DNA of 64,000 nucleotides from Marinicella sp. (GTDB taxonomy: Bacteria; Pseudomonadota; Gammaproteobacteria; Xanthomonadales; Marinicellaceae), in the NCBI GenBank assembly GCA_965230295.1, contig OZ246001.1:3456001-3520000 (forward strand). Direction: 5' to 3'. Below the pieces are notes generated by a model that saw only the letters and a list, made by a program, of their open reading frames with translations, did no database searches and was not told the origin of the DNA. Positions 51,703 to 62,025 of the stretch are shown here, piece by piece. A program made the position numbers and the translations under genes. Every line of letters begins with the position of its first letter. Within the stretch, counting starts at the first letter, position 1.

Positions 51703-53553
51703 AAAATCAGTCGCTATTTGATTGCGACCATTGTGTTTGGCTTGATACATGGCTTCGTCGGCACATTTCAAAATGTCTCTGAATCTTTGGCTGCCATGGC
51801 TGTGACATATGCCTGCAGACATAGAGACCCTCAGTCCAGGGGCATTGATTTGTACCGGCATGTTTTGAGTATCAATTCTTAACTGGTCAATCAGTTGGTG
51901 TATGTAGTTTGGGGTGCTGCCCTCAAAACCAATCAAAAACTCTTCACCACCCATTCGTCCTACCCATTTGGTGTGAGGTTGTAACTTTGCACACAATTGA
52001 CCGAAGAGTTTCAGGACTTTGTCACCCAGGGCATGGCCGTAGGTGTCATTGATTGTTTTGAAATGATCAAGGTCAATCATAACCAAAGTAAAAGCATCAT
52101 TTTCATTCAATTTATCCAGCTTCCTGCGAATGCTGCCTACGATGTTGCTGCGGTTTCTCAAACCGGAGAGTTCGTCAAAATTTGCCAGTTCATGCAAGCG
52201 CGAACTTTGTTTTTTCAATTTACGATTGAACCCAATCAACACGATAAGAAACCCGGCCATCAGCACTAAAAAAAGTGAAAGTAGCAGGCTCTGTTTTGAT
52301 TGAAATTCTATGGTTTCACCTTGGGCACTGTTTTGTTCAGCCAATAACTGGTTTTTCATGGCATTTTTTTCTACTTCATACCGTGCTCTGATTTCATGCA
52401 ATTTTTCTGTACTGAATTTACTTTCCAACTCAGCTTGTTGTTTGGTGGCAGTCACATAAAGATCAAAGGCTTCCTGGTGATTACCTTGTGCAGACAGGAG
52501 GTGAGCTTTGCGTTTGTTAATGCTGGTTTCACCGTATCTGAAATCACTCTCTTGATTGACTTGTTCAGCTGCTGTGATGTGGTTCTGGGCTTCAGTAAAT
52601 CGCCCTGTGGCTGTTTTTAGCTGACTCAATTGAATTAAATTGTCAAACAACATGTATGAGTTGCCAGCTTGTTTAAACAGGTCCAGAGAAGAAATCAAAA
52701 GTGATTCTGCACGGTCATATGCCTGCTGTTCTATGTGGTGATAAGCCAACTCAGAACTGGCATATGCCACACCCTGGTTATCATCAATGGATTTGGATAA
52801 CTCTATAGATTCTAGCAGTTGATTGATGCCTGATTCATGATTGTTCAGTTCCAGGTTTGCACGGCCCATTTCAAATAACTGGATCGACATGCCTAAGATG
52901 TTGTTGTCACTTTTTTCTTGTTGATATGTTGATTCAAAATAAGGCAAAGCCAACTCGAATTCGTTGCGGTATACATAAATGCCTGCAATATGAGAAGCCA
53001 CATCAGATTGATTGATCAGGCTGCCTTCAATGGGTGCAATTTCTTCGGCTTCCTGCAATGCAATGAGCGCAAGATTATAGTCTTCTATTCGTATATACAG
53101 ATAACTCAGTTGGATCAATGCCAAAGTGGCTAACGAAGCATGTTTTTCATTTTTCGACCATGTAATGATGTTTTTGATTTTGTCAATGTTGCCCGACATC
53201 TGACCTAAACGATCTTCTGCATCCACTTGAGCTATGACCAACAAACTGGCTAACCACGGCTCTGCCTCTGGGTCTATTGCTTGCAACCCAAGCTTGCTGT
53301 GCTCAAGCATTTTTTCAGGGTAATCAAGGGCACCATGGACTTGGCTATAAAGCAGGTGTTGTTGCGCCAGGTCAACTGCTGATAAGGGTTGATACTTTTT
53401 TACAGAATCCAAGGCTTGTTGTGGATCAGATTCAATGGTTTTGAGGACAGCTGATGAATATTCGTTGAGTTGTGTTGTGTAAAACCACTTTGAATCATTC
53501 GCAGATAAGAACGAGGTAAAACACAACAAGACTGTGAGGATTAACAATTTCAT
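51694..53553 (-). CDS. TPR-containing membrane diguanylate cyclase
   Basis: Signal peptide from MKLLIL, TPR-like helices, one TM, DLDHFKTINDTYGH and RMGGEEF. Alternative start at 53610. Confidence 0.9.
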   Translation of the reverse strand: MKLLILTVLLCFTSFLSANDSKWFYTTQLNEYSSAVLKTIESDPQQALDSVKKYQPLSAVDLAQQHLLYSQVHGALDYPEKMLEHSKLGLQAIDPEAEPWLASLLVIAQVDAEDRLGQMSGNIDKIKNIITWSKNEKHASLATLALIQLSYLYIRIEDYNLALIALQEAEEIAPIEGSLINQSDVASHIAGIYVYRNEFELALPYFESTYQQEKSDNNILGMSIQLFEMGRANLELNNHESGINQLLESIELSKSIDDNQGVAYASSELAYHHIEQQAYDRAESLLISSLDLFKQAGNSYMLFDNLIQLSQLKTATGRFTEAQNHITAAEQVNQESDFRYGETSINKRKAHLLSAQGNHQEAFDLYVTATKQQAELESKFSTEKLHEIRARYEVEKNAMKNQLLAEQNSAQGETIEFQSKQSLLLSLFLVLMAGFLIVLIGFNRKLKKQSSRLHELANFDELSGLRNRSNIVGSIRRKLDKLNENDAFTLVMIDLDHFKTINDTYGHALGDKVLKLFGQLCAKLQPHTKWVGRMGGEEFLIGFEGSTPNYIHQLIDQLRIDTQNMPVQINAPGLRVSMSAGICHSHGSQRFRDILKCADEAMYQAKHNGRNQIATDFLD

Positions 53554-53710
53554 TTTTGTGCTGTGATTGATGATGAGTTTAAAAATTTGAACTTCCCACC
53601 CAATGACCATGATAATTATTATATATGAATTCGATTAATTTTGTTTGATCAAGAGATTACGTGTTGTAGCAGCCTACAAAACACCTGTAATCAAAGGATG
53701 GATTTAGGGC

Positions 53711-53743
53711 AAAAAAAAACGGAACCCTGAGGTTCCGTTTTTT
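53711..53743. terminator. Terminator of the csp gene
   Basis: AAAAAAAAACGGAACC-CTGA-GGTTCCGTTTTTT. Confidence 0.9.
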
Positions 53744-53762
53744 CATTGGACTTCAAAACTGA

Positions 53763-53978
53763 TTAAACAGCAACGATGTTTTCAGCTTGAGGACCTTTTT
53801 GACCTTGTGTGATGTTGAATTCAACTTGTTGACCTTCTTGTAAAGTTCTGAAGCCATCTCCATCAGTTACGATTGCACTGTAGTGTGCAAATACATCTGA
53901 ACCTGATGCTTGTTGAATGAAACCAAAACCTTTTGACTCGTCAAACCATTTGACGGTACCTGTTACTTTTTCTGACAT
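53763..53978 (-). CDS. cspA: Cold-shock protein
   Basis: GTVKWF, KGFGFI (RNP1) and VFAHYS (RNP2); long upstream untranslated region. Paralog identity uncertain. Confidence 0.93.
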   Translation of the reverse strand: MSEKVTGTVKWFDESKGFGFIQQASGSDVFAHYSAIVTDGDGFRTLQEGQQVEFNITQGQKGPQAENIVAV

Positions 53979-54153
53979 ATGTATACCTTAAATAATAAAA
54001 ATAAAATGTGCTTGAATGGTCGTCACAACGGTCAACTGGTCAACGAATTAAGAATAAAGCTTTGAAAAGGAGAGTTTATTCGGACGAGTCTTCGAGCAAG
54101 TCGCAGTCTATAGATTTGCAACAGTGAAGTCAAACAAAAACCTTGAAATACTG

Positions 54154-54193
54154 TCATATTGCGGTATTTTTTGAAAAAAACACCGCAATATGA
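54154..54193. terminator. Long hairpin downstream of ETF-QO
   Basis: TCATATTGCGGT...ACCGCAATATGA. Confidence 0.6.
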
Positions 54194-54216
54194 ATGGATT
54201 AGAGTGGTTTGTTCAC

Positions 54217-55863
54217 TTACATGTTTGAGTAATTTGGTCCGCCACCACCTTCTGGTGTATCCCAGTTGATGTTCTGAGATGGGTCCTTGATGTCACAAGT
54301 CTTGCAGTGAACACAGTTCTGGGCATTGATGCGAAAGGTCTGTTGGTTGTTTTCTTCCACCACTTCATAAACCGCAGCTGGACAATACCTTTGTGCCGGT
54401 TCTGCCCATTTGGGTAAATTGACTTCAATGGGTTTGTTGGGGTCTGCCAATTGTAAATGACATGGTTGATCTTCTTCGTGGTTGGTACTTGATAAGAAAA
54501 CAGATGACAAGCGGTCGAAAGAGATTTCATTGTCAGGACGAGGGTAGTCAATTGGCTTGGCTTGATCTGCAGGTTTCAGACATGCATGGTCAGGCTTTTT
54601 ATTGCGCCAGGTGAAAGGTAATTTGCCAAAAAATATATTCTGGTCAATGAATGTAAAGGCAGCCCCGAAGAAGGTTCCCAATTTATTCAGTCCAGGTTCA
54701 AAATTTCTGGTTTTATGTAGTTCTTTATATATGGATGATTGTTTGATGTTGTCAGCATATGCAGTCAATTCACCATTGACTTGATCATTCAATAAGGCCT
54801 CTGCAATGGTTTCACCAGCAATGATCCCTGATTTAAGCGCTGTGTGGGTGCCTTTGATTTTTGCGGGATTCAAGAAGCCGGCTTCACAGCCAACCAATAA
54901 CCCACCAGGGAAGGTGAGTTTTGGTAATGATTGATAACCACCCTTGTTCAAAGCCCTGGCACCATAGGAAACCCGTTTGCCGCCTTTGATCACATTCTTG
55001 ATCACAGGATTTTGTTTCCATTGTTGGAATGTTTCAAACGGACTGAGGTAGGGGTTGTCATAGTTCAGTGCCACCACAAAGCCTAAAGCCACTGTGCCTT
55101 TTTCTAAATGGTATAAAAATCCACCGCCTTCAGTGTGGTTATCCAGTGGCCAGCCCAGGGTATGGACCACATGACCAGGACTGGAAACAGATTCATCAAC
55201 CTGCCAAACTTCTTTCAAACCAATGCCATAGTGCTGTGGATCAACGCCTTTTTGCAGTTCAAATTTTTGCATGAGTGATTTGCCCAGCGAACCGCGACAA
55301 CCTTCAGCAAAGACCGTTTGGGGAGCCAGCAGTTCATAGCCCGGTTCAAAGCTGCCTTTTTCGTTTCCAGCTGCATCAATACCCATGTCACCGGTTACAA
55401 TGCCTCTGACAGAGCCGTCGTCATTGTATAAAATTTCTTTGGCAGGGAAACCTGGAAATATATTGACTCCTAAATTCTCGGCTTGTTCACCCAGCCAACG
55501 ACAAAGGTTTCCTAATGAAACGATGTAATTACCATGATTGCGCATGGGTCTTGGGATCAAGAATCCTGGTACCTTGGTGTCCTTTTCTAAGCCACGCAGG
55601 TAATGAAACTCATCATCGGTGACCTGAGTTTTAACCGGTGCTCCTTGTTCTTTCCAATCAGGAAACAATTCAGTCAAGGCGTCGGTTTCTATCACAGCAC
55701 CTGACATGATGTGGGCACCAATTTCCGAGCCTTTTTCAACCAGGGCAATTTGCCAATCTTTACCATTTTCTTGGGACAACTGGGCCAAACGACAAGCAGT
55801 GGCTAGACCTGAAGGTCCTCCTCCCACAATGACCACATCAAATTCCATAGATTCTCTGTTCAT
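54217..55863 (-). CDS. Electron transfer flavoprotein-ubiquinone oxidoreductase
   Basis: VGGGPSG FAD motif, EKGSEIGAHIMSG, YCPAAVYE and NCVHCKTCDIKDP. Confidence 0.97.
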   Translation of the reverse strand: MNRESMEFDVVIVGGGPSGLATACRLAQLSQENGKDWQIALVEKGSEIGAHIMSGAVIETDALTELFPDWKEQGAPVKTQVTDDEFHYLRGLEKDTKVPGFLIPRPMRNHGNYIVSLGNLCRWLGEQAENLGVNIFPGFPAKEILYNDDGSVRGIVTGDMGIDAAGNEKGSFEPGYELLAPQTVFAEGCRGSLGKSLMQKFELQKGVDPQHYGIGLKEVWQVDESVSSPGHVVHTLGWPLDNHTEGGGFLYHLEKGTVALGFVVALNYDNPYLSPFETFQQWKQNPVIKNVIKGGKRVSYGARALNKGGYQSLPKLTFPGGLLVGCEAGFLNPAKIKGTHTALKSGIIAGETIAEALLNDQVNGELTAYADNIKQSSIYKELHKTRNFEPGLNKLGTFFGAAFTFIDQNIFFGKLPFTWRNKKPDHACLKPADQAKPIDYPRPDNEISFDRLSSVFLSSTNHEEDQPCHLQLADPNKPIEVNLPKWAEPAQRYCPAAVYEVVEENNQQTFRINAQNCVHCKTCDIKDPSQNINWDTPEGGGGPNYSNM

Positions 55864-56501
55864 ATTCTGTAACTCACAAATTTCATTATTTTTGACATAC
55901 CAGTCATGACCTGTTTCACAGGCCCTGGTAATTCTACGCCCCCGGCATTTTTAGCATCATTGCCATGCCTGATTTCATCAGCTTGCATTTGCTGTAAAAT
56001 TTTTAATGACTTGGGATCTTGCTCTCCAATGTCATCAATGTGCTCTTGTAGATGTGATTCCACCTGCCTTTCAGTTTCAATCACAAAACCATAACTGATT
56101 TCATCACCAAAAAAAGCCGCCAATGACCCTATGGCAAAAGAGTGCAAGTACCAAAAGGGGTTGGTGATGCTGATGGATTCTCCCAATTCGTCTAATCTGG
56201 ATTGACACCAGTTTAAATGATCATGTTCCTCTTTGGCAGCTTGGATCAAATGTTGCCTGGTATTTTCATCCTTGGCCATCATGGCTTGACCATTGTACAA
56301 AGCTTGAGCACAGACTTCACCGGTGTGGTTGATGCGCATTAAGCCTGCAGTGTGCTTACCTTGTTGATCGGTCAGCTCAGGTTGAGCAACATCAAATCCA
56401 GGTATCGAGGCATCATTTTTGGTGGTGTGATTCAATACTTTGAGCATGCGATCAAATTCAATCATCATTCGGTTGCTCAATGATTCATTCATGGTCTTCA
56501 T
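55860..56501 (-). CDS. coq7: Demethoxyubiquinone hydroxylase (di-iron)
   Basis: LMRINHTGEVCAQALY, EE.DHL, ETERQVE.HL and DE.RH motifs. Confidence 0.95.
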   Translation of the reverse strand: MKTMNESLSNRMMIEFDRMLKVLNHTTKNDASIPGFDVAQPELTDQQGKHTAGLMRINHTGEVCAQALYNGQAMMAKDENTRQHLIQAAKEEHDHLNWCQSRLDELGESISITNPFWYLHSFAIGSLAAFFGDEISYGFVIETERQVESHLQEHIDDIGEQDPKSLKILQQMQADEIRHGNDAKNAGGVELPGPVKQVMTGMSKIMKFVSYRI

Positions 56502-56650
56502 TGTGGATGTGGATCTTTTGTTAAAAGCAGCAACATTTTAACATTTATTGAACAAAATAAGCCTAAAACAAGACATTTAACAATTTGTTTATTGATATTT
56601 ACGGCAGATTCGTTAAATTACGCCATTTAGACAATTTGATCAGGAAAGAT

Positions 56651-57367
56651 ATGAAAAAATCATTATTATGTTTGGCAGTTGCCAGTCTTTACAGTTCTGC
56701 CGGTTTAGCAGATGACGAATCGGGTGTAACTTGGTCTGGTACAGGCCAATTGGGTTTTTCAATGACTTCGGGAAATTCAGACACAGAAAACTTGAGTGCC
56801 GGCTTGGCTGTCAAGCGTGAATCTGAAAAATGGGTCAGTGACGTGTCTTTGGACCTGTTGCGTGCCTCAAGTGATGATGTGGATACCGCTGAACGATTTA
56901 CCATCAATACCAAAACTGGTTATAAGTTCGATGACAATGATTACGTTTATTATGGAACTCGGTACGACAACGATAATTTTTCAGGTTTTGATTATACGAT
57001 GACCACTTCAGTTGGTTGGGGTCATAAATTTCATGACAATGAAGAATCCAGGTTAATTACTGAGCTTGGCATTGGTTACAAAACTGAAGCTTTGGACATT
57101 GATCGCACTGAAAACAATGGTGCCGTTTTTTCTGGCAAACTTGATTACATGCGCCAGATAACTGAAACCACTAAGTTTGAAGACGTGTTATTGGTTGAAG
57201 CGGGCAGTGACAACACATTCGTGCAAAATGACTTGGGTTTTTCATTCAAAGTCAGTGAAAAATTTGCGGTTAAATTGGCTCATCAATACCGTCACAACAC
57301 AGATGCACCTGTTGGTAGAGATTCAACCGACACTTTGGTGTCTGCTAATTTGGTGTACGATTTCTGA
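56651..57367 (+). CDS. DUF481 / YdiY family outer membrane beta-barrel
   Basis: Signal peptide, TSGNSDT, YDNDNFSGFDY and terminal LVYDF. Confidence 0.85.
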   Translation: MKKSLLCLAVASLYSSAGLADDESGVTWSGTGQLGFSMTSGNSDTENLSAGLAVKRESEKWVSDVSLDLLRASSDDVDTAERFTINTKTGYKFDDNDYVYYGTRYDNDNFSGFDYTMTTSVGWGHKFHDNEESRLITELGIGYKTEALDIDRTENNGAVFSGKLDYMRQITETTKFEDVLLVEAGSDNTFVQNDLGFSFKVSEKFAVKLAHQYRHNTDAPVGRDSTDTLVSANLVYDF

Positions 57368-57390
57368 TTTACATCATCATTCAAAGTTAT

Positions 57391-57418
57391 AAAAAAGCCC
57401 GCAGATGCGGGCTTTTTT
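57391..57418. terminator. Bidirectional terminator
   Basis: AAAAAAGCCCGCA-GA-TGCGGGCTTTTTT between convergent genes. Confidence 0.9.
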
Positions 57419-57431
57419 ATATGGTTTTGTA

Positions 57432-58628
57432 TCATCTCAGCTTCACTTTGGCGAACTTGCGCTTACCCACCTGAAACACTTCATGGGTCCCGGCAGGGAA
57501 GTTTTGTTTGGGGTCTTGTAGTTTTTCTCCATTCAGCTTAACAGCACCTTGCTTTACCATTCTGATGGCATCGGATGTGCTGGAACACAAGCCTGCATTT
57601 TTCAGGATATGGGCCAAGCCCATTTCGCCATTTTCTGTGGTCAGTTCAATTTCATCGATGTCATCCGGGATGGCGCCTTTCTGGAACTGGGCTTTGAAAG
57701 CATTGAGCGCCTCTTGAGCGGCATCGCCATCATGAAAACGTTCGATCAACTCCAAAGCCAAATCGAATTTAACATCTCTGGGGTTTTTACCATTGGATAC
57801 GTCGGTTTTGTATTGCTCAATTTCGGCATTGGATTTAAAGCTCAATAAATCAAAGTATCGCCACATGAGGTCATCAGAAATAGACATGACTTTACCAAAC
57901 ATTTCGGTTGGCGCATCTTCTATGCCAATGTAGTTGCCCAAGGATTTTGACATTTTGTTGATGCCATCCAAACCTTCTAACAACGGCATGGTGATGACAA
58001 TTTGGGGGTCTTGACCTGCTTGTGACTGTAAATGCCTGCCCACCAATAAATTGAATTTTTGATCGGTGCCGCCGAGTTCTACATCACATTTCAGGGCCAC
58101 TGAGTCGTAGCCTTGAGCCAGAGGGTACATGAATTCTGATATGGCAATGGATTGGCCGGATTTATAGCGTTTGTTGAAATCATCACGTTCCAACATTCTG
58201 GCCACATTGTATTTGGTAGATAACCTCACCATATCTGCTGCACTCATGTCATTGAACCAGTTCGAATTGAATTCTATGATGGTTTTATCACGGTCCAGTA
58301 TTTTATAAATTTGGTCCTGGTATGTTTTGGCGTTTTCCAACACTTCTTCACGAGTCAAAGCTTTGCGCGTGGCGCTTTTACCCGTAGGGTCGCCAATCAT
58401 TCCAGTGAAATCTCCAATCAAGAAGATGACATCATGTCCCAAATCCTGGAAGTGGCGCATCTTGTTGATTAATACCGTGTGTCCCACGTGTAAATCGGGT
58501 GCTGTGGGGTCAAATCCTGCTTTGACTCTGAGTTTTTTTCCTGCTTTGAGTTTGGTTTCTAATTCTTCAAGTTTAATGACTTCATCTGTGCCTCGACAGA
58601 TCAAATCCAGTGCATCTTGTACAGACAT
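57432..58628 (-). CDS. tyrS: Tyrosine--tRNA ligase
   Basis: [25 protein letters not shown] and a C-terminal S4-like domain. Confidence 0.98.
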   Translation of the reverse strand: MSVQDALDLICRGTDEVIKLEELETKLKAGKKLRVKAGFDPTAPDLHVGHTVLINKMRHFQDLGHDVIFLIGDFTGMIGDPTGKSATRKALTREEVLENAKTYQDQIYKILDRDKTIIEFNSNWFNDMSAADMVRLSTKYNVARMLERDDFNKRYKSGQSIAISEFMYPLAQGYDSVALKCDVELGGTDQKFNLLVGRHLQSQAGQDPQIVITMPLLEGLDGINKMSKSLGNYIGIEDAPTEMFGKVMSISDDLMWRYFDLLSFKSNAEIEQYKTDVSNGKNPRDVKFDLALELIERFHDGDAAQEALNAFKAQFQKGAIPDDIDEIELTTENGEMGLAHILKNAGLCSSTSDAIRMVKQGAVKLNGEKLQDPKQNFPAGTHEVFQVGKRKFAKVKLR

Positions 58629-58830
58629 GTTGAAAGATTCGTTAAAAAGGGGTTAATTCTACAGAAATAAGCCAAATTATAGAACCTCAATTGAACCAAT
58701 GACTGAAAAAATCATCTATAATTTCCAACAATCAACGAAAGTTACTGGAAATTGACCTATCAAAGCACAAGCCATCCGTAAAAAGACCCAGGCCAACAAC
58801 CTGTCGGTAAATTTCAATCAAATCAAATCA

Positions 58831-60123
58831 ATGATCAGTCCTCTGACCTCTGCTAAAAAAATAGGGGTCTTTATGATTGTGGTGTTTGTAATTTATGCCA
58901 TCAGTGACATGATATCTGTTGATGCAGATGCGCACCCTCAAGTGATCAGCGCCAAACAAAACCAACTCATAGATATACCTTCTGTTCCTTTGATGAGTTT
59001 CGCTGAAAATGGGCTGGTCGGTTCTGAACAGTTCATTCACAAAACCATCACCGTGCAAAAAGGGCAGACTTTGTCAGGCATATTTACTGACTTGGGTTTG
59101 TCACAAGCACTGCTGTTGAAAATTGCCCATTTCAATGAAGACAGTAAGAAATTGGTTAAAGTCATGCCTGGTAATGATTTACATTTCACCATGACACCTG
59201 ATGGTGATTTGACCCAGTTACGCTACCAGGCCTCGGTGTTTGAAGAATTGATCATTCACAACGACATGGATCAATTGTCGACTGAATTGATCACCCATGA
59301 CCAACAAATTCGTTTGGTCAGTGCGGAAGGCACCATCACCAATTCATTGTTTGGTGCCGGTAAAAGCGCTGGTTTAACAGATAATATGGTCATGCAACTG
59401 GCCTATATATTTAGTTGGGACATCGATTTTGTGTTGGAGATCAGGGAAGGCGATTCTTTCAGTTTGATTTATGAAAAGATTTATAAGGATGGTGAATATT
59501 TAGCCGAAGGTAAAATCTTGGCTGCCAGCTTCACCAACCAGGGAACCACCTACGAAGCCGTGTTTTATGAACACGAAGAAGGTGATGGCAGTTACTATGC
59601 AGCAGATGGCCGAGCGATGAAGAAGGCGTTTTTAAGGGCGCCATTGAATTTTTCTTACATCAGTTCGAATTTCAATCCCAGGCGCAAACACCCGATTACC
59701 AACCGGGTCAAGGCCCACAGAGGTATTGACTACAGAGCACCCACGGGAACACCTGTTTATGCTGCAGGTGCAGGGCGTGTGACCCATTCTACTTATAATA
59801 AATACAATGGAAACTATGTCTTCATTCAACATCCGAATGGCATCGTGACCAAATACCTGCATTTTTCTAAAAGGGCGGTTAAAAAAGGCCAGCGCGTTAA
59901 ACAGGGTCAAACCATTGGTTATGTGGGCAGTACCGGCTTATCGACTGCACCGCATTTGCATTACGAATTTATTTATCAAGGGGTTCATCGCAATCCCAGA
60001 ACCGTTTCATTGCCTAAGTCAAAGCCATTACCAGATGCAGTCATGCCTGACTTCATGACTTACTCGAAACCATTGCTGACTCGCCTTTCTGACCTCAAAG
60101 AAAATTTAGTGGCGCAAAACTGA
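58831..60123 (+). CDS. M23 family peptidoglycan DD-endopeptidase (MepM-like)
   Basis: N-terminal TM, LysM/OapA-like VQKGQTLS, HRGID (HxxxD) and HLH; conserved tyrS-M23-anmK order. Confidence 0.92.
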   Translation: MISPLTSAKKIGVFMIVVFVIYAISDMISVDADAHPQVISAKQNQLIDIPSVPLMSFAENGLVGSEQFIHKTITVQKGQTLSGIFTDLGLSQALLLKIAHFNEDSKKLVKVMPGNDLHFTMTPDGDLTQLRYQASVFEELIIHNDMDQLSTELITHDQQIRLVSAEGTITNSLFGAGKSAGLTDNMVMQLAYIFSWDIDFVLEIREGDSFSLIYEKIYKDGEYLAEGKILAASFTNQGTTYEAVFYEHEEGDGSYYAADGRAMKKAFLRAPLNFSYISSNFNPRRKHPITNRVKAHRGIDYRAPTGTPVYAAGAGRVTHSTYNKYNGNYVFIQHPNGIVTKYLHFSKRAVKKGQRVKQGQTIGYVGSTGLSTAPHLHYEFIYQGVHRNPRTVSLPKSKPLPDAVMPDFMTYSKPLLTRLSDLKENLVAQN

Positions 60124-61208
60124 TGTATTACATCGGTGTGATGTCTGGCACTTCTTGTGATGGAGTGGATGTGGTGGTGGTTGATTTCACAGAGCAGATA
60201 AACTGCGTAGCCAATGCCCATGTCGCTTACCCAAAGAATACCAGGAATCAGATCCTGAGTTTACTTCAACAACCATCCATATCGCTTCAGGCATTCAGCC
60301 GACTTGATGCTGAGTTGGGTCACCTTTATGCCCAAGTGATACAAACAGTTTTGTCTGAGAACCGCATAGATGCAGAACAAATACACGCCATAGGCCTGCA
60401 TGGCCAAACTGTTTATCATGACCCTGAACATGAATTTGCCAACACCATTCAATTGGGTTCGGCTCCCAGTGTCGCACAGTACACCGGTATACCGACTGTG
60501 GCTAATTTTCGACAAATGGACATCGCCAATGGAGGTCAGGGTGCCCCTCTGGCACCCATTTTTCATCAAACCATGTTTGCCAAACCTGATCAATCTGTGG
60601 CACTCATCAATTTAGGTGGTATTGCCAATATTACGTGGTTACATCATGGACAAGTCATGGGCTTTGATACAGGTCCTGCCAACTGTTTGATGGATGACTG
60701 GATACAGCTTCATCAGCAAATTTATTTCGATCATGGTGGACAATGGGCACAACAAGGTCACGTAAAAACTGACTTGTTGACATCAATGATGACTGATGAT
60801 TATTTTGCAAAAAAGCCACCCAAGAGTACGGGGCGCGAGTATTTTAACCTTAAGTGGTTAGAGCAGCACTTGAGTCAACAGGTGATCAGTCCAGTTGATG
60901 TTCAGCGAACTTTGCTGCAATTGACTGTGGATTCAGTGGTTCAAGACTTAACCTCTTTGGCTACAGATTGGGATCAAATCATTGTCTGTGGTGGTGGCGC
61001 TCACAATCGATTTTTGTTGGCTGAGCTCGGTCAAAAACTGCAACAACCAGTGGTCAGCAGCAGTGACTTGGGAATGGATACAGATTTTGTAGAAGCCACT
61101 ATGATGGCATGGTTGGCACAACAACGGGTGACAGAACAGAGGTTGGACTTAGGCAGCATCACAGGTGCGAAGAAACCACTGTTGTATGGCGTAATTCACC
61201 AACCTTGA
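60123..61208 (+). CDS. anmK: Anhydro-N-acetylmuramic acid kinase
   Basis: MSGTSCDG, HGQT, GGQGAPL, FDTGPAN and PKSTGRE motifs. Confidence 0.96.
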   Translation: MYYIGVMSGTSCDGVDVVVVDFTEQINCVANAHVAYPKNTRNQILSLLQQPSISLQAFSRLDAELGHLYAQVIQTVLSENRIDAEQIHAIGLHGQTVYHDPEHEFANTIQLGSAPSVAQYTGIPTVANFRQMDIANGGQGAPLAPIFHQTMFAKPDQSVALINLGGIANITWLHHGQVMGFDTGPANCLMDDWIQLHQQIYFDHGGQWAQQGHVKTDLLTSMMTDDYFAKKPPKSTGREYFNLKWLEQHLSQQVISPVDVQRTLLQLTVDSVVQDLTSLATDWDQIIVCGGGAHNRFLLAELGQKLQQPVVSSSDLGMDTDFVEATMMAWLAQQRVTEQRLDLGSITGAKKPLLYGVIHQP

Positions 61209-61212
61209 TGGG

Positions 61213-61920
61213 TCAGCCGGTAAATTCCAATATGATGGCAGTGATGTTATCTGACCCACCATTTTCCAGTGCTTGTATCAGCAATTGGTCACCAATTTCT
61301 TTCGGTGACAACGGTTTATTCATGATTTCAGCGATGCGATCGTCTTCAACTTCTTCGGTCAAGCCGTCTGAACACAATAAAAATTTATCACCTGGTTTGA
61401 TTTTTCCATCAGCCAGAGAAACTTTGATTTCACTGTTATCAGTGACACCTAAGGCCTGAGTGACTACGTTTCTGTGTGGATGAGAGCGAGCTTGTGAGGC
61501 AGTGATCAGGTCCTGATCAACCAATTCCTGAACATAGGAGTGGTCAGAACTGATAGGAATCAGTTTTTCTTTTGAGAGCTTATAAATTCGGGAATCACCC
61601 ACCCAAGCACAATCGTAAGCGCTGTTGTTAACTTTTAAAATGGCCACAGTGGTTCCCATGGGTAAGTCACCTGGCTTTTCTAATGAATTGTTGATGATTT
61701 CTTGGTTGGCATTAAGAATGGCTTGCTTGATGGGTATGTTGCTTTTGATTGAGCTTAAAATGTGATCACGCGCTAATGCACTTGCAATTTCTCCATGGTC
61801 ATGACCACCCATACCATCGGCAACTAAAAATAAACCACTTGCCAGGTCAATACCATAAGTATCTTCATTGTGGTCTCTTTTAATCCCTGAGTGAGATGTA
61901 TGTCCTAAAATTATATTCAT
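61213..61920 (-). CDS. PP2C family Ser/Thr protein phosphatase
   Basis: R..NED, VADGMGG, VGDSR, LCSDGL and GSDNIT motifs. Confidence 0.95.
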   Translation of the reverse strand: MNIILGHTSHSGIKRDHNEDTYGIDLASGLFLVADGMGGHDHGEIASALARDHILSSIKSNIPIKQAILNANQEIINNSLEKPGDLPMGTTVAILKVNNSAYDCAWVGDSRIYKLSKEKLIPISSDHSYVQELVDQDLITASQARSHPHRNVVTQALGVTDNSEIKVSLADGKIKPGDKFLLCSDGLTEEVEDDRIAEIMNKPLSPKEIGDQLLIQALENGGSDNITAIILEFTG

Positions 61921-62005
61921 GTGTTTGCAAGTTTTTAGCAATTATAGCATTCACTATATATCTGTTAATTGTAGCATTATGTAAAATGATTTGACTCAGA
62001 AAAAT

Positions 62006-62025
62006 AATGTGATCTGTGTCACAAA
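62006..62025. promoter_or_regulatory. Candidate CRP/Clp binding site upstream of the PP2C gene
   Basis: AA-TGTGA-TCTGTG-TCACA-AA, a perfect TGTGA-N6-TCACA core overlapping the mltF stop. Confidence 0.6.

Noticed and set aside
58629-58830. T-box leader upstream of tyrS
   Set aside because: No T-box motif or terminator is visible, and T-boxes are not expected in gammaproteobacteria.
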